60,839 nt of DNA from a virus. Lineage: Duplodnaviria; Caudoviricetes. The position numbers were made by a program, and so were the translations under genes. The notes beneath the pieces are model-generated. The model did no database searches and was not told the origin of the DNA. It was given only the letters and a program-made list of their open reading frames with translations. Numbering within the stretch: position 1 is the stretch's first letter; each line of letters opens with the position of its first letter. This document shows, in pieces, positions 1 to 7,561 of the stretch. The stretch covers positions 1-60,839 of the IMG/VR virus record IMGVR_UViG_3300032233_001802, one strand, 5' to 3'.

Positions 1-44
1 AGCCTCCCCGCTCTAAAGCCTTTAGAGGCGGTTCTAGAGGTGCT

Positions 45-136
45 CGTAAGTGCTTGATTCTATTAAAGTTTCTTTCCATATCCCCTAGACGTAAGTCATT
101 GATTCTATTTGGGTTTCGTAAGTTGTTGATTCTATT
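45..136. repeat. Three direct repeats CGTAAGTnnTTGATTCTATT (45-64, 90-109, 117-136), each containing an IHF-consensus box on the minus strand
   Basis: The repeats are seen directly. The reverse complement AATCAA-NNNN-TTA matches the IHF consensus WATCAANNNNTTR. Confidence 0.8.
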
Positions 137-150
137 AGGGTTTTTTCTCA

Positions 151-178
151 TTTACTTTTCCCAAGAATCAGGTATAAT
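151..178 (+). promoter_or_regulatory. sigma70-type early promoter
   Basis: TTTACT-16 bp-TATAAT just upstream of ORF 185. Confidence 0.75.
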
Positions 179-184
179 GGTTCT

Positions 185-367
185 ATGGTTAAGCAATATA
201 ACTTTATCGAAGCCCGAAACGACGTGTTCGGCAATCGTCAAGTCCTCTGGAATACGGGGAATTACATGTATGAAATCGAGGACCGCACAGCGAAAAAGAC
301 GCTGAAACTCGAATGCTCTTTCGAGGAAGCCAAGAGCATCTTCGAAGAGGTGTGCGTAAGTTATTGA
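185..367 (+). CDS. hypothetical early protein (60 aa)
   Basis: ORF begins about 6 nt after the -10 box (possibly leaderless); no recognised motif. Confidence 0.65.
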   Translation: MVKQYNFIEARNDVFGNRQVLWNTGNYMYEIEDRTAKKTLKLECSFEEAKSIFEEVCVSY

Positions 368-417
368 TTTTGCAAGCGAATTTTCCGCTTGCCTTTTGCT
401 CTTGTTTTTAGTATAAT
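357..417 (+). promoter_or_regulatory. IHF-consensus box (357-369) plus sigma70 promoter
   Basis: TAAGTTATTGATT, 19-bp gap, then TTGCCT(389)-17 bp-TATAAT(412). Confidence 0.8.
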
Positions 418-472
418 GGTTGTATGAGGTGAGGAAATGGTTCCCACCCGAAACGTGAAAGGTAGATATATT

Positions 473-856
473 ATGGGTTTTTCTCTTAACGAAATGAAGT
501 CGAGTCTGGTGCGTGAGCGTCAGGTTGTGAAGGACATGCTGGCTGATATGAAGCGCATGCGCCGAGCGATTAAGGAATCGCGTGCTCTGATGAATGTGCT
601 CCGTCAGGATATCCGTCGCGAGACGCAGATTAATCGCGTCGTGAAGGCTGATGCGCGTCGGATGGTGAAGGAGCAGCGTGCTGCGATCCGCGCCGAGAAG
701 GTTGCTGCGCGGATTGCGAAGGCTGAGGCTCGGCTCGAGGCTCTGAAGCAGCGCGAGTTTGTTCGCAATCAGAAGGCTACGAAGAAGGCTTCGAAGGCTG
801 TCGTGTGGACGCAGGAGCAGGTTGCTGCTCTGAACGCTGAGCGAGGTGTTGCCTAA
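473..856 (+). CDS. basic, helical (Arg/Lys/Ala-rich) hypothetical early protein
   Basis: ORF 437..856. The ATG at 437 lies in a hairpin (GGTGAGGAA...TTCCCACC); the ATG at 473 has AAAGGTAG upstream and is preferred. Confidence 0.7.
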   Translation: MGFSLNEMKSSLVRERQVVKDMLADMKRMRRAIKESRALMNVLRQDIRRETQINRVVKADARRMVKEQRAAIRAEKVAARIAKAEARLEALKQREFVRNQKATKKASKAVVWTQEQVAALNAERGVA

Positions 857-1011
857 TGGACAATCAAGAAAAGTCGAAGAAGGAACTGGAATGCGACCTT
901 CTTTTCATAGAAGGACTTCTGATGCTCCGTGCTCGGCAGATAGCACCGTTGGTGCTCGAGGCTCGCATGCTTCAGGCTGCTCTCGCTGTTCGCGAGGAGG
1001 TGAAGCCGTGA
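856..1011 (+). CDS. small hypothetical protein (51 aa, MDNQEKSKKELECDLL...REEVKP); not in the ORF track
   Basis: TAATG overlap with the upstream stop and GTGA overlap with the next gene. Confidence 0.65.
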   Translation: MDNQEKSKKELECDLLFIEGLLMLRARQIAPLVLEARMLQAALAVREEVKP

Positions 1012-1217
1012 CTACCACGAATCCTCTTGCGCTGGCGAGCGTCAGCGATATCAAGGCTCTGGTTTCGACAGCCACGGTGACTCACGCCGACGCAATCGCT
1101 CGGGTGGATGCAGTGCTGGCTCGTAAGGTGCTGACTGATAGCAAGAAGGCACGATGGACTCGTCTCCGCGAGTGGCTCGTGCGAGAACAAGCCCAGACTG
1201 AAATGGTGGTTGCGTAA
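1008..1217 (+). CDS. hypothetical protein (69 aa, MTTTNPLALA...)
   Basis: GTG start at 1008 with GAGGAGG at 994-1000; 3' part of track ORF 846..1217. Confidence 0.7.
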   Translation: MTTTNPLALASVSDIKALVSTATVTHADAIARVDAVLARKVLTDSKKARWTRLREWLVREQAQTEMVVA

Positions 1218-1472
1218 ATGAAATTGTATTTCTATTCTGATCCTGGTCATGGTTGGCTTTCGGTGAGTCGCAAGACTTTATCGAAGTATGTTGATCTGAA
1301 AGAAGTTTCGACATATTCTTATCAGCGAAACGATCGTGTCTTTCTTGAAGAAGATCGCGACGCGCAGTTGCTGATCAAGGCACTCAAGGATGCTGGAAAG
1401 AAGATTGAGATTGTAGACTATTGTGCTCGTCGCTCCAGTAAGATTCGCAGTTATGAGTATTTTCGTGCGTAA
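1218..1472 (+). CDS. hypothetical phage protein (DPGHGWL...YSY...FLEEDRD type)
   Basis: Abuts the upstream stop; motif pattern recalled from small phage proteins. Confidence 0.75.
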   Translation: MKLYFYSDPGHGWLSVSRKTLSKYVDLKEVSTYSYQRNDRVFLEEDRDAQLLIKALKDAGKKIEIVDYCARRSSKIRSYEYFRA

Positions 1473-1473
1473 T

Positions 1474-1611
1474 ATGAAAGACGATCAAGAAGATTATTAT
1501 GCACGCAAGATGCGTAAGGCAGAAGAGACCAGTTTTCTTTTTATAAAAATGGCTGGTATTGTTCTTGGTGTGTCGTTAGTTGTCGCATTTTTTCGATTGC
1601 TAACTGGTTGA
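1474..1611 (+). CDS. small membrane protein (45 aa)
   Basis: ATG 1474 directly after the previous stop; hydrophobic C-terminal helix MAGIVLGVSLVVAFF. Confidence 0.55.
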   Translation: MKDDQEDYYARKMRKAEETSFLFIKMAGIVLGVSLVVAFFRLLTG

Positions 1612-1661
1612 TTGGTAAGGCAAATTTTGCGCTTTACTTTTGTTGATTGTTGTAGTATAAT
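1601..1661 (+). promoter_or_regulatory. IHF-consensus box (1601-1613) plus sigma70 promoter
   Basis: TAACTGGTTGATT, 19-bp gap, then TTTACT(1633)-17 bp-TATAAT(1656). Confidence 0.8.
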
Positions 1662-1702
1662 GTTCTTGTCTGTTGTTAATTTTTGTAATGGAGTAATTGA
1701 AA

Positions 1703-2125
1703 ATGGCTAATCCCACTCGAAAGATGATTGAAGTTTATGAGATGATGAAGGACGGCAAGCCGATGAAGTTTGACAATCTTGTCAAGCGTCTGGGTTGCAA
1801 GCCTGTGACCGCGATGGTTCTCGTCTGCGCTCTGCGTCGCGACTGTAACGCTGAGATTGAGACGATCCGCGATGGTCGTAAGGTTGAGTCCTATCAGTTG
1901 ACGAATGCGGCTGATATTGCGACGAAGATGGTTTCGACGAAGGCTACCAAGACCAAGGCAGTTAAGACGCCGAAGGTTAAGGCAACCAAGACGAAGACTG
2001 TCGTGAGCCGCAAGGCTGTGAAGGAAGATGAGTTCGACGTTCCGACTCTCGATGCTGACCTCTCGATTTCCGAAGTCAGTGATGCTGAACTTGCCGATCT
2101 GCGCAATCAGCTGGGTCTTGCTTGA
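1703..2125 (+). CDS. putative winged-helix DNA-binding protein with Lys/Thr-rich linker and acidic tail
   Basis: GGAG RBS; own promoter and terminator; helix-turn-helix plus beta-hairpin-like N-terminal pattern (inference). Confidence 0.55.
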   Translation: MANPTRKMIEVYEMMKDGKPMKFDNLVKRLGCKPVTAMVLVCALRRDCNAEIETIRDGRKVESYQLTNAADIATKMVSTKATKTKAVKTPKVKATKTKTVVSRKAVKEDEFDVPTLDADLSISEVSDAELADLRNQLGLA

Positions 2126-2131
2126 CCCTTT

Positions 2132-2161
2132 GGGGGCAGGGTAACACCTGCCCCCTTTTTT
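2132..2161 (+). terminator. Rho-independent terminator
   Basis: GGGGGCAGG-GTAACA-CCTGCCCCC followed by T6. Confidence 0.9.
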
Positions 2162-2175
2162 ATTTGGGGATATAA

Positions 2176-2424
2176 ATGGAAGAAGAAATAGAGTCTTTGA
2201 ACAACATGTATGAAGAATTACATGTCAAAGTAGCAAAATGGATTTCTGCAGATGAAGCATCCCCGCTGGCTGTTGCCGCAATAATGATGACGACAGCATT
2301 GCGTCTGTATCGTACAACATTGAACGATTCTGACTTTGATCAGATGATGAACTATATCTCAGATGCTCGAAACACCATTGAGAAGTTTCCGACTCCTGAT
2401 GAATATAAGAACAAGTTGAATTAA
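2176..2424 (+). CDS. hypothetical protein
   Basis: 82-aa ORF, GGGGA RBS, TAATG overlap with the next gene. Confidence 0.7.
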   Translation: MEEEIESLNNMYEELHVKVAKWISADEASPLAVAAIMMTTALRLYRTTLNDSDFDQMMNYISDARNTIEKFPTPDEYKNKLN

Positions 2425-2972
2425 TGAACATTTTCTTTCTAGATCGCGATGTGCGATTGGCAGCACAGTATCATTGTGATAAACACGTTGTTAAGATGAT
2501 ACTGGAGTCTGCTCAATTGCTGTCATCTGCACATCGCGTTCTAGACGGAAAAATGGTCATTGAGACGAGTCCTTCTAATCGAAAAAAGAAGAATTGGATC
2601 AAATATTGGAAACTAAATGATTCACGCGAAACTTCTTTGTACAAAGTTTCTCATCTCAATCACCCAAGTGCTGTGTGGGCTAGATCTAACATCGATCATT
2701 ATCGCTGGCTGTATGATCTATTCTATCAGTTGATCGGCGAATACAAATATCGCTACGACGGAAAATACCACAAGTGCGAAACGATGCTGATGCCTCTTCT
2801 AGACGCGCCAGCCAATATCGACATCGAAGCACCATGGGTTGATCCTCCGCAGTGTATGCCCGATGAGTGTAAGACTACGGATACCGTAGAAGCCTATCAC
2901 AATTATTATCGCATGCATAAGCGAAATATGGCTAATTGGAAGATTCGAGGGACTCCAAACTGGTATAAATAA
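2424..2972 (+). CDS. pyrimidine-dimer DNA glycosylase (DenV-related) family protein
   Basis: MNIFFLD...HCDKHVVKMILESAQLLS...NHPSAVW...PQCMPD motifs. Confidence 0.75.
   Translation: MNIFFLDRDVRLAAQYHCDKHVVKMILESAQLLSSAHRVLDGKMVIETSPSNRKKKNWIKYWKLNDSRETSLYKVSHLNHPSAVWARSNIDHYRWLYDLFYQLIGEYKYRYDGKYHKCETMLMPLLDAPANIDIEAPWVDPPQCMPDECKTTDTVEAYHNYYRMHKRNMANWKIRGTPNWYK
2964..2971 (+). promoter_or_regulatory. T4-type late (gp55) promoter
   Basis: Exact TATAAATA 5 nt upstream of ATG 2977. Confidence 0.8.
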
Positions 2973-2976
2973 GGTT

Positions 2977-3597
2977 ATGAAAACCTTTTCCGAATACCTG
3001 TTAGAAGCCGCCAAAGAAGGGCATGGACTCCATGTCTTCGATGTCGACGATACTCTCTTCTATACCACTGCAAAAGTAAAAGTGATGCATGGTAAGAAAG
3101 AAGTCGCCGCTCTGAGCAATTCAGAGTACAACACTCATACGTTGCCGAAGGATCATCACTATGACTACAGTGAGTTCCGCGACGCTGAGAAGTTCGATAA
3201 AGAATCCAAGCCAATGAGCCGCATGCTTGGAAAGATGAAAGCAATTCACAATAACGCAAAGAAAACGGGCAGCAAGGTTATCATTGCCACTGCTCGCGCT
3301 GACTTCGACGATAAAGATAAGTTCCTTCATGCCTTCCGTAAGCATGGCGTGGACATTGATAATATTCATGTACATCGTGCTGGTAATGACAAGAGTGAAG
3401 GCACCGTCGGTGAAAAGAAGGCTCGCATCATTAGCAATCAACTAAAGTCTGGCAATTTCAAACGCGCCACGCTGTATGATGATAGCAAGGAGAATCTCAA
3501 GCACTTCCTTGCTCTAAAGAAAGATCACCCAGATGTGCACTTTAAAGCATATCATGTTCACCCAACTGGCGGTATTGTGAGACATACAGAGGATTAA
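2977..3597 (+). CDS. HAD-superfamily phosphatase-like protein with a putative capsid-targeting N-terminus
   Basis: FDVDDTL, TAR, K and YDD HAD motifs; N-terminus MKTFSEYLLEA. Confidence 0.8.
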   Translation: MKTFSEYLLEAAKEGHGLHVFDVDDTLFYTTAKVKVMHGKKEVAALSNSEYNTHTLPKDHHYDYSEFRDAEKFDKESKPMSRMLGKMKAIHNNAKKTGSKVIIATARADFDDKDKFLHAFRKHGVDIDNIHVHRAGNDKSEGTVGEKKARIISNQLKSGNFKRATLYDDSKENLKHFLALKKDHPDVHFKAYHVHPTGGIVRHTED

Positions 3598-3600
3598 TTT

Positions 3601-3924
3601 GTGCCAACATATGAATTCTTGAATAAGAAAACCAAGAAGATTGAAGAACATGCGATGTCGATTACTGCTTATGATGAATTTAAAAAGCAAAATCCACATC
3701 TAGAAAGATATTACGAAACAGCCCCACAATTCAATTACAGTGGTGCTGGTGATCTGTCTGGTAAGAAAACAGATAACACTTGGAAGGAGGTAATGCACAA
3801 GATTGCAGAACAAAATCCGAGAAGTCCACTTGCAGAAAAAGTCTTGCGCAAAGATACGAAGCGCATTAAGACTGATCAAGTCCTAGAAAAACACAAGAAG
3901 AAGGTGGCTGCTGCACGCCGCTAA
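3601..3924 (+). CDS. conserved T4-like phage protein (FmdB-like MPTYEF start)
   Basis: MPTYEF...NPHLE...WKEVMHKI; typical position before phoH. Confidence 0.7.
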   Translation: MPTYEFLNKKTKKIEEHAMSITAYDEFKKQNPHLERYYETAPQFNYSGAGDLSGKKTDNTWKEVMHKIAEQNPRSPLAEKVLRKDTKRIKTDQVLEKHKKKVAAARR

Positions 3925-3936
3925 ATGAGGTAGCGC

Positions 3937-4695
3937 ATGTCGAATAAAAGAAAGAATGCATCTAATACGATAATTGAATTGGAACACGAGCACCCAAAAC
4001 TGAATACACCACATAGAGTGAAACCTTCTGAACTTCGAACATTCGAACCACTAACAGATAACCAAAAGACATTCTTCGATGCTTACGCTCGTGGTGATTA
4101 CTTTATTATGCTCACTGGTTCTGCAGGAACTGGTAAATCATTTATTGCCTGTTATAAAGCAATCCAAGAAGTTTACGACAAAACTTCTTCTTTCAAGCGA
4201 GTTGTTATTGTTCGTTCTGCTGTGCAGTCTCGCGATGTCGGTTTTACTCCAGGCTCTCTAGAAGAAAAGATGAGTCTGTACGAACAGCCGTACATGCAAA
4301 TCTATCATACGCTGTTCAATCGTCGTGATGCTTACGAAAATCTAAAGGAAGCAGGGAAGATTGAATTCATCTCAACTTCTTTCATTCGTGGTATGTCCTT
4401 CGACGATTCTATTATTATCGTAGACGAATGCCAGAATATGAACTGGGAAGAATTGTCAACCATCATGACTCGCGTTGGCTATCGTTCTAAGATCATCTTC
4501 TGCGGAGACTATCGCCAGACTGACCTGTATCGTAAGCAAGGCGACAAGTCTGGGCTCTGGAAATTCCACCAAATCGCCAAGACTATGCCGTCCTTTACCA
4601 GCGTAGAGTTTACAACGAACGATATCGTTCGTTCCTCTCTTGTAAAAGACTTCTTGATTGCAGTTGACAAATTTGAGCATCAAGAAAATACTTGA
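3937..4695 (+). CDS. phoH: PhoH-family ATPase
   Basis: GSAGTGKS, GFTPGSLEEK, FIRG, IIVDECQN, GDYRQTD and DIVRS motifs. Confidence 0.95.
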   Translation: MSNKRKNASNTIIELEHEHPKLNTPHRVKPSELRTFEPLTDNQKTFFDAYARGDYFIMLTGSAGTGKSFIACYKAIQEVYDKTSSFKRVVIVRSAVQSRDVGFTPGSLEEKMSLYEQPYMQIYHTLFNRRDAYENLKEAGKIEFISTSFIRGMSFDDSIIIVDECQNMNWEELSTIMTRVGYRSKIIFCGDYRQTDLYRKQGDKSGLWKFHQIAKTMPSFTSVEFTTNDIVRSSLVKDFLIAVDKFEHQENT

Positions 4696-4720
4696 CTTTT
4701 GCTTGACTTTGGTATATAAT
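4692..4720 (+). promoter_or_regulatory. sigma70-type promoter
   Basis: TTGACT-17 bp-TATAAT. Confidence 0.8.
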
Positions 4721-4754
4721 AGAATGTCGGCTTTGATAAGGATTACTTTATATT

Positions 4755-5423
4755 ATGTTTAACCATGTTCCCCATAACTTCCCGCAGCTCATACAAGAGA
4801 ATGTCGACGGGGTTCGGCGTTACGTCACTCCCACTGGCGAGAAGTATGCGTCGGTGACTACTGTTCTTGCTGACTATGGCAAGGAAGGGATCATGGAATG
4901 GCGCAAGAGAGTTGGTGAAGAAAAAGCCAACAAGATCTCTCGTGCAGCCACCACTCGCGGAACATCAGTGCACTCCGTGATTGAGAAGTATCTCAAGAAT
5001 GAAGATGTCTCTGATATTGAGATGATGCCGAATGTCAAGTCTTTGTTCGTTCGCATGAAAGAAGAACTCAAGAAGATCGATAACATTCATTGCCTCGAGG
5101 ATCGGCTGTATTCACATACGCTAAAACTTGCTGGCACTGTTGACTGTATTGCTGAGCATAATGGAGTACTCTCTGTTATCGACTTTAAGACTTCTGTGCG
5201 TCTCAAGAAGAAAGAAAACATCGGCAATTATTTCATGCAGTGTGCTGCATATGCACAGATGTTCACTGAGATGACTTCACTGCCGATCACGCAAGTTATC
5301 GTCCTGATCGGCGTAGATACCGCTAATTTTTGCCAAACTCTTAAAATTAGTGGTGAAGAACTAAATAACTACAAGAATATGCTACAGACTTATATCGACG
5401 CATACTACGCAAAGGTTGCTTGA
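4755..5423 (+). CDS. PD-(D/E)XK exonuclease
   Basis: SVTTVL, RGTSVH, AGTVD, IDFKTS and QCAAY motifs; conserved next to phoH in T4-like phages. Confidence 0.9.
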   Translation: MFNHVPHNFPQLIQENVDGVRRYVTPTGEKYASVTTVLADYGKEGIMEWRKRVGEEKANKISRAATTRGTSVHSVIEKYLKNEDVSDIEMMPNVKSLFVRMKEELKKIDNIHCLEDRLYSHTLKLAGTVDCIAEHNGVLSVIDFKTSVRLKKKENIGNYFMQCAAYAQMFTEMTSLPITQVIVLIGVDTANFCQTLKISGEELNNYKNMLQTYIDAYYAKVA

Positions 5424-5448
5424 TTGCAAATTCTTGTTGTAGTATAAT
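5420..5448 (+). promoter_or_regulatory. sigma70-type promoter
   Basis: TTGATT-17 bp-TATAAT, followed by AAGGAG RBS. Confidence 0.8.
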
Positions 5449-5467
5449 ATAAGCAAGGAGACGAAAC

Positions 5468-5851
5468 ATGAAATCAATTATTGCAATTGCTGCTGCTTTG
5501 ATCACTGCTGCACCTACTGTTGCTTCTGCTGATGGTGGATGCTGCTGGGAAGGCAATCACTGGCGCGGACCTGCTCGCTATGCTGACCACTATGATCGTG
5601 GTAGCAGAATCAACCCATGGCCATTCATTGCTGGCGCAGTAGTGGGTGGAATCATTGTACACTCTGCTGAGGCAAGTCAGCCTCGTGTTGTGTCCTCTCC
5701 TGCCACCGAAGCACCTGTTCTTGTTAATGGTGTTTGGATGCAGCGCACATATCGCTGCACTCAGGAAATTGTTATTGATACTCGCGGCGATGAGCGTTTG
5801 ATGCAGCGCTGCAATTATGTTTATGTTCCTGTTACCGTTTCTGAAAAATAA
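5468..5851 (+). CDS. exported protein with signal peptide
   Basis: MKSIIAIAAALITAAPTVASA signal peptide; glycine-zipper-like AGAVVGGII. Confidence 0.75.
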   Translation: MKSIIAIAAALITAAPTVASADGGCCWEGNHWRGPARYADHYDRGSRINPWPFIAGAVVGGIIVHSAEASQPRVVSSPATEAPVLVNGVWMQRTYRCTQEIVIDTRGDERLMQRCNYVYVPVTVSEK

Positions 5852-5866
5852 TTGGAGATTGACTAT

Positions 5867-6442
5867 ATGAAGACTGTTGGTGATAAACTTGAAAAGTTCC
5901 TGGTCACTGGTATTAATCCAGGCGCACTCAGCGACGATGATAGATTTATAGGTATCAATGAAGACTCATTCAAGGGTCAGTGGAAGATCATTGTCTTTTA
6001 TCCGAAGGACTTTACTTTCGTTTGCCCAACTGAGATCATTGCGTATGATAAGTTGAACAAAGAATTTGCTGATCGTGATGCTCGCCTTCTCATTGGTTCA
6101 ACAGACAATGAATTCTGCAAGGTGGCTTGGAAGAATTCGCATGAAGGTTTGAAGGCAACCACTTGTTGGATGTTTGCCGACACTCATCGCAACAATGCCT
6201 TTGATTATGATAATAATGACCTGAGCCTTTCGCAACAACTTGGTGTGTTCTCCAATCCTGCTGGTGCTGCTCTGCGTGCCACGTTCATTGTTGATCCAGA
6301 AAACGTCATTCAGCACGTGACTGTGAACAATCTGAATGTTGGACGCAATCCTGATGAGACTCTGCGTGTTCTCGATGCTCTTCAGACTGAAGAACTTTGC
6401 GCTTGCAATCGCCAGATTGGCGAAGAAACACTGACGGTATAA
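5867..6442 (+). CDS. ahpC: 2-Cys peroxiredoxin (AhpC/TSA family)
   Basis: FYPKDFTFVCPTE, GRNPDETLRVLDALQ and LCAC motifs; GGAG RBS favours ATG 5867. Confidence 0.95.
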   Translation: MKTVGDKLEKFLVTGINPGALSDDDRFIGINEDSFKGQWKIIVFYPKDFTFVCPTEIIAYDKLNKEFADRDARLLIGSTDNEFCKVAWKNSHEGLKATTCWMFADTHRNNAFDYDNNDLSLSQQLGVFSNPAGAALRATFIVDPENVIQHVTVNNLNVGRNPDETLRVLDALQTEELCACNRQIGEETLTV

Positions 6443-6585
6443 TGATGGAAGGTCATGTCTGTGGCGTTTGTGGGTACGTCTACGAAGAAGACCAACATGG
6501 TCCATTCGAAGATCAGCACGAAGATTGGGCGTGCCCGCATTGCGGTTCAGAAATTGACATGTTTGAAAAGAAACAAATTGAATAA
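6442..6585 (+). CDS. rubredoxin-like protein
   Basis: CGVCGYVY...WACPHCG; TAATG overlap with the ahpC stop. Confidence 0.85.
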   Translation: MMEGHVCGVCGYVYEEDQHGPFEDQHEDWACPHCGSEIDMFEKKQIE

Positions 6586-6874
6586 TGGTAGTAAACTCTT
6601 AGGTAAAGGTATCTTGGACGTGGGTTCGACTCCCACCATCTCCACCAATTAAAGTACCCCAGACGCCTCTCGTAGAAGCGCACCAGCTGGGGTCATCTAC
6701 GGGGATGACATGGCTTTCGACAGGGTAAGTAATAGACAAAGGGCTACCAGAGAGGCGACTGACTTAATCAGCGCAAACCAAGTAAACGCAAACGATGATG
6801 TTTACGACATGGCTCTCGCTGCTTAATTGCAGTATGAGATTACCAGAGTTGACCACTTGTTAACAGAACGGTCA
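6586..6874 (+). ncRNA. ssrA: circularly permuted (two-piece) tmRNA: acceptor piece ~6586-6647, intervening segment 6648-6700, coding piece from 6701; tag (A)ANDDVYDMALAA at 6788-6826
   Basis: The T-arm GTGGG-TTCGACT-CCCAC and CATCTCC-A-CCA 3' end come before the GGGGATG 5' end (7-bp acceptor stem with G3.U70). TGGTAG/CTACCA and TATCTTG/CAGGGTA pair as P2. The tag ends in ALAA-stop. Confidence 0.92.
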
Positions 6875-6909
6875 GGGGTGGTGGTGTAAAAGCCACCACC
6901 CCTTTCTTT
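6875..6909 (+). terminator. Rho-independent terminator ending the tmRNA unit
   Basis: GGGGTGGTGGT-GTAAAA-GCCACCACCCC-TTTCTTT. Confidence 0.85.
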
Positions 6910-6934
6910 CCGCTGCATAAATGGAGGTAACAAC

Positions 6935-7561
6935 ATGGAAGCAGTACAAAAATATATCGATGATCGTCATGATGCAATCATTAAATTTGGAGGACTATTT
7001 GTATTATTTTTCCTGATTTTGTATGTTCCGATGAGAATAGAATACAGTATGAGAGAACAGTTAGACGCTCATATTGCCAATGAAATAGAAATGCAAGCCC
7101 AAATCGATCATCTGAATAGCCAGATGTCAGTCTATAAGGCTGTATATGCAAAGCAGCAATCAGTGCAAAGAGAAGTTCAGTGTTTGGCTCGAAACATCTA
7201 TTTCGAAGCCGCATCTGAGCCTCGTGCTGGTAAAATTGCTGTTGCTGAAGTTACCATGAATCGCGTCAAGCAAGGATTCGCAAAGACTGTTTGCGGAGTT
7301 GTTAGCCAAAAAAGTAATGGTGTTTGTCAATTTAGTTGGGTCTGTGAACCCAAGAAAAAGATTACCATGAATTCTGAGTGGAAAGAAGCGAGAGAAATTG
7401 CTGAGAATATATTGATTTCTCAGAAGAAGTATAGTACAATAGATGGAGCAATGTTCTTCCACGCTGACTATGTAAAACCTTCGTGGGCAAGAACTAAAGA
7501 CTTTGTGAAGAAAATTGGTAGACATATGTTCTATCGTGAGGAAATGTATGCGAATAATTGA
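6935..7561 (+). CDS. SleB-family cell wall hydrolase with N-terminal membrane anchor
   Basis: [36 protein letters not shown] and IGRHMFY motifs. Confidence 0.92.
   Translation: MEAVQKYIDDRHDAIIKFGGLFVLFFLILYVPMRIEYSMREQLDAHIANEIEMQAQIDHLNSQMSVYKAVYAKQQSVQREVQCLARNIYFEAASEPRAGKIAVAEVTMNRVKQGFAKTVCGVVSQKSNGVCQFSWVCEPKKKITMNSEWKEAREIAENILISQKKYSTIDGAMFFHADYVKPSWARTKDFVKKIGRHMFYREEMYANN

Noticed and set aside
3-40. Hairpin CTCTAAA-GCC-TTTAGAG at the window start
   Set aside because: It has no U-tract and the upstream context is cut off by the window edge, so no function can be assigned.
846-1217. 123-aa ORF as given in the track
   Set aside because: It is better explained as two genes (856..1011 and 1008..1217) with overlapping stop/start codons and a GAGGAGG RBS.
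4755-5423. Cas4 of a CRISPR system
   Set aside because: It lacks the four-Cys Fe-S pattern and has no array nearby. It is the usual T4-like exonuclease next to phoH.
6612-6647. Stand-alone tRNA or attP tRNA fragment
   Set aside because: There is no anticodon arm upstream, and its acceptor partner lies downstream at 6701 followed by a tag ORF. It is the permuted tmRNA.
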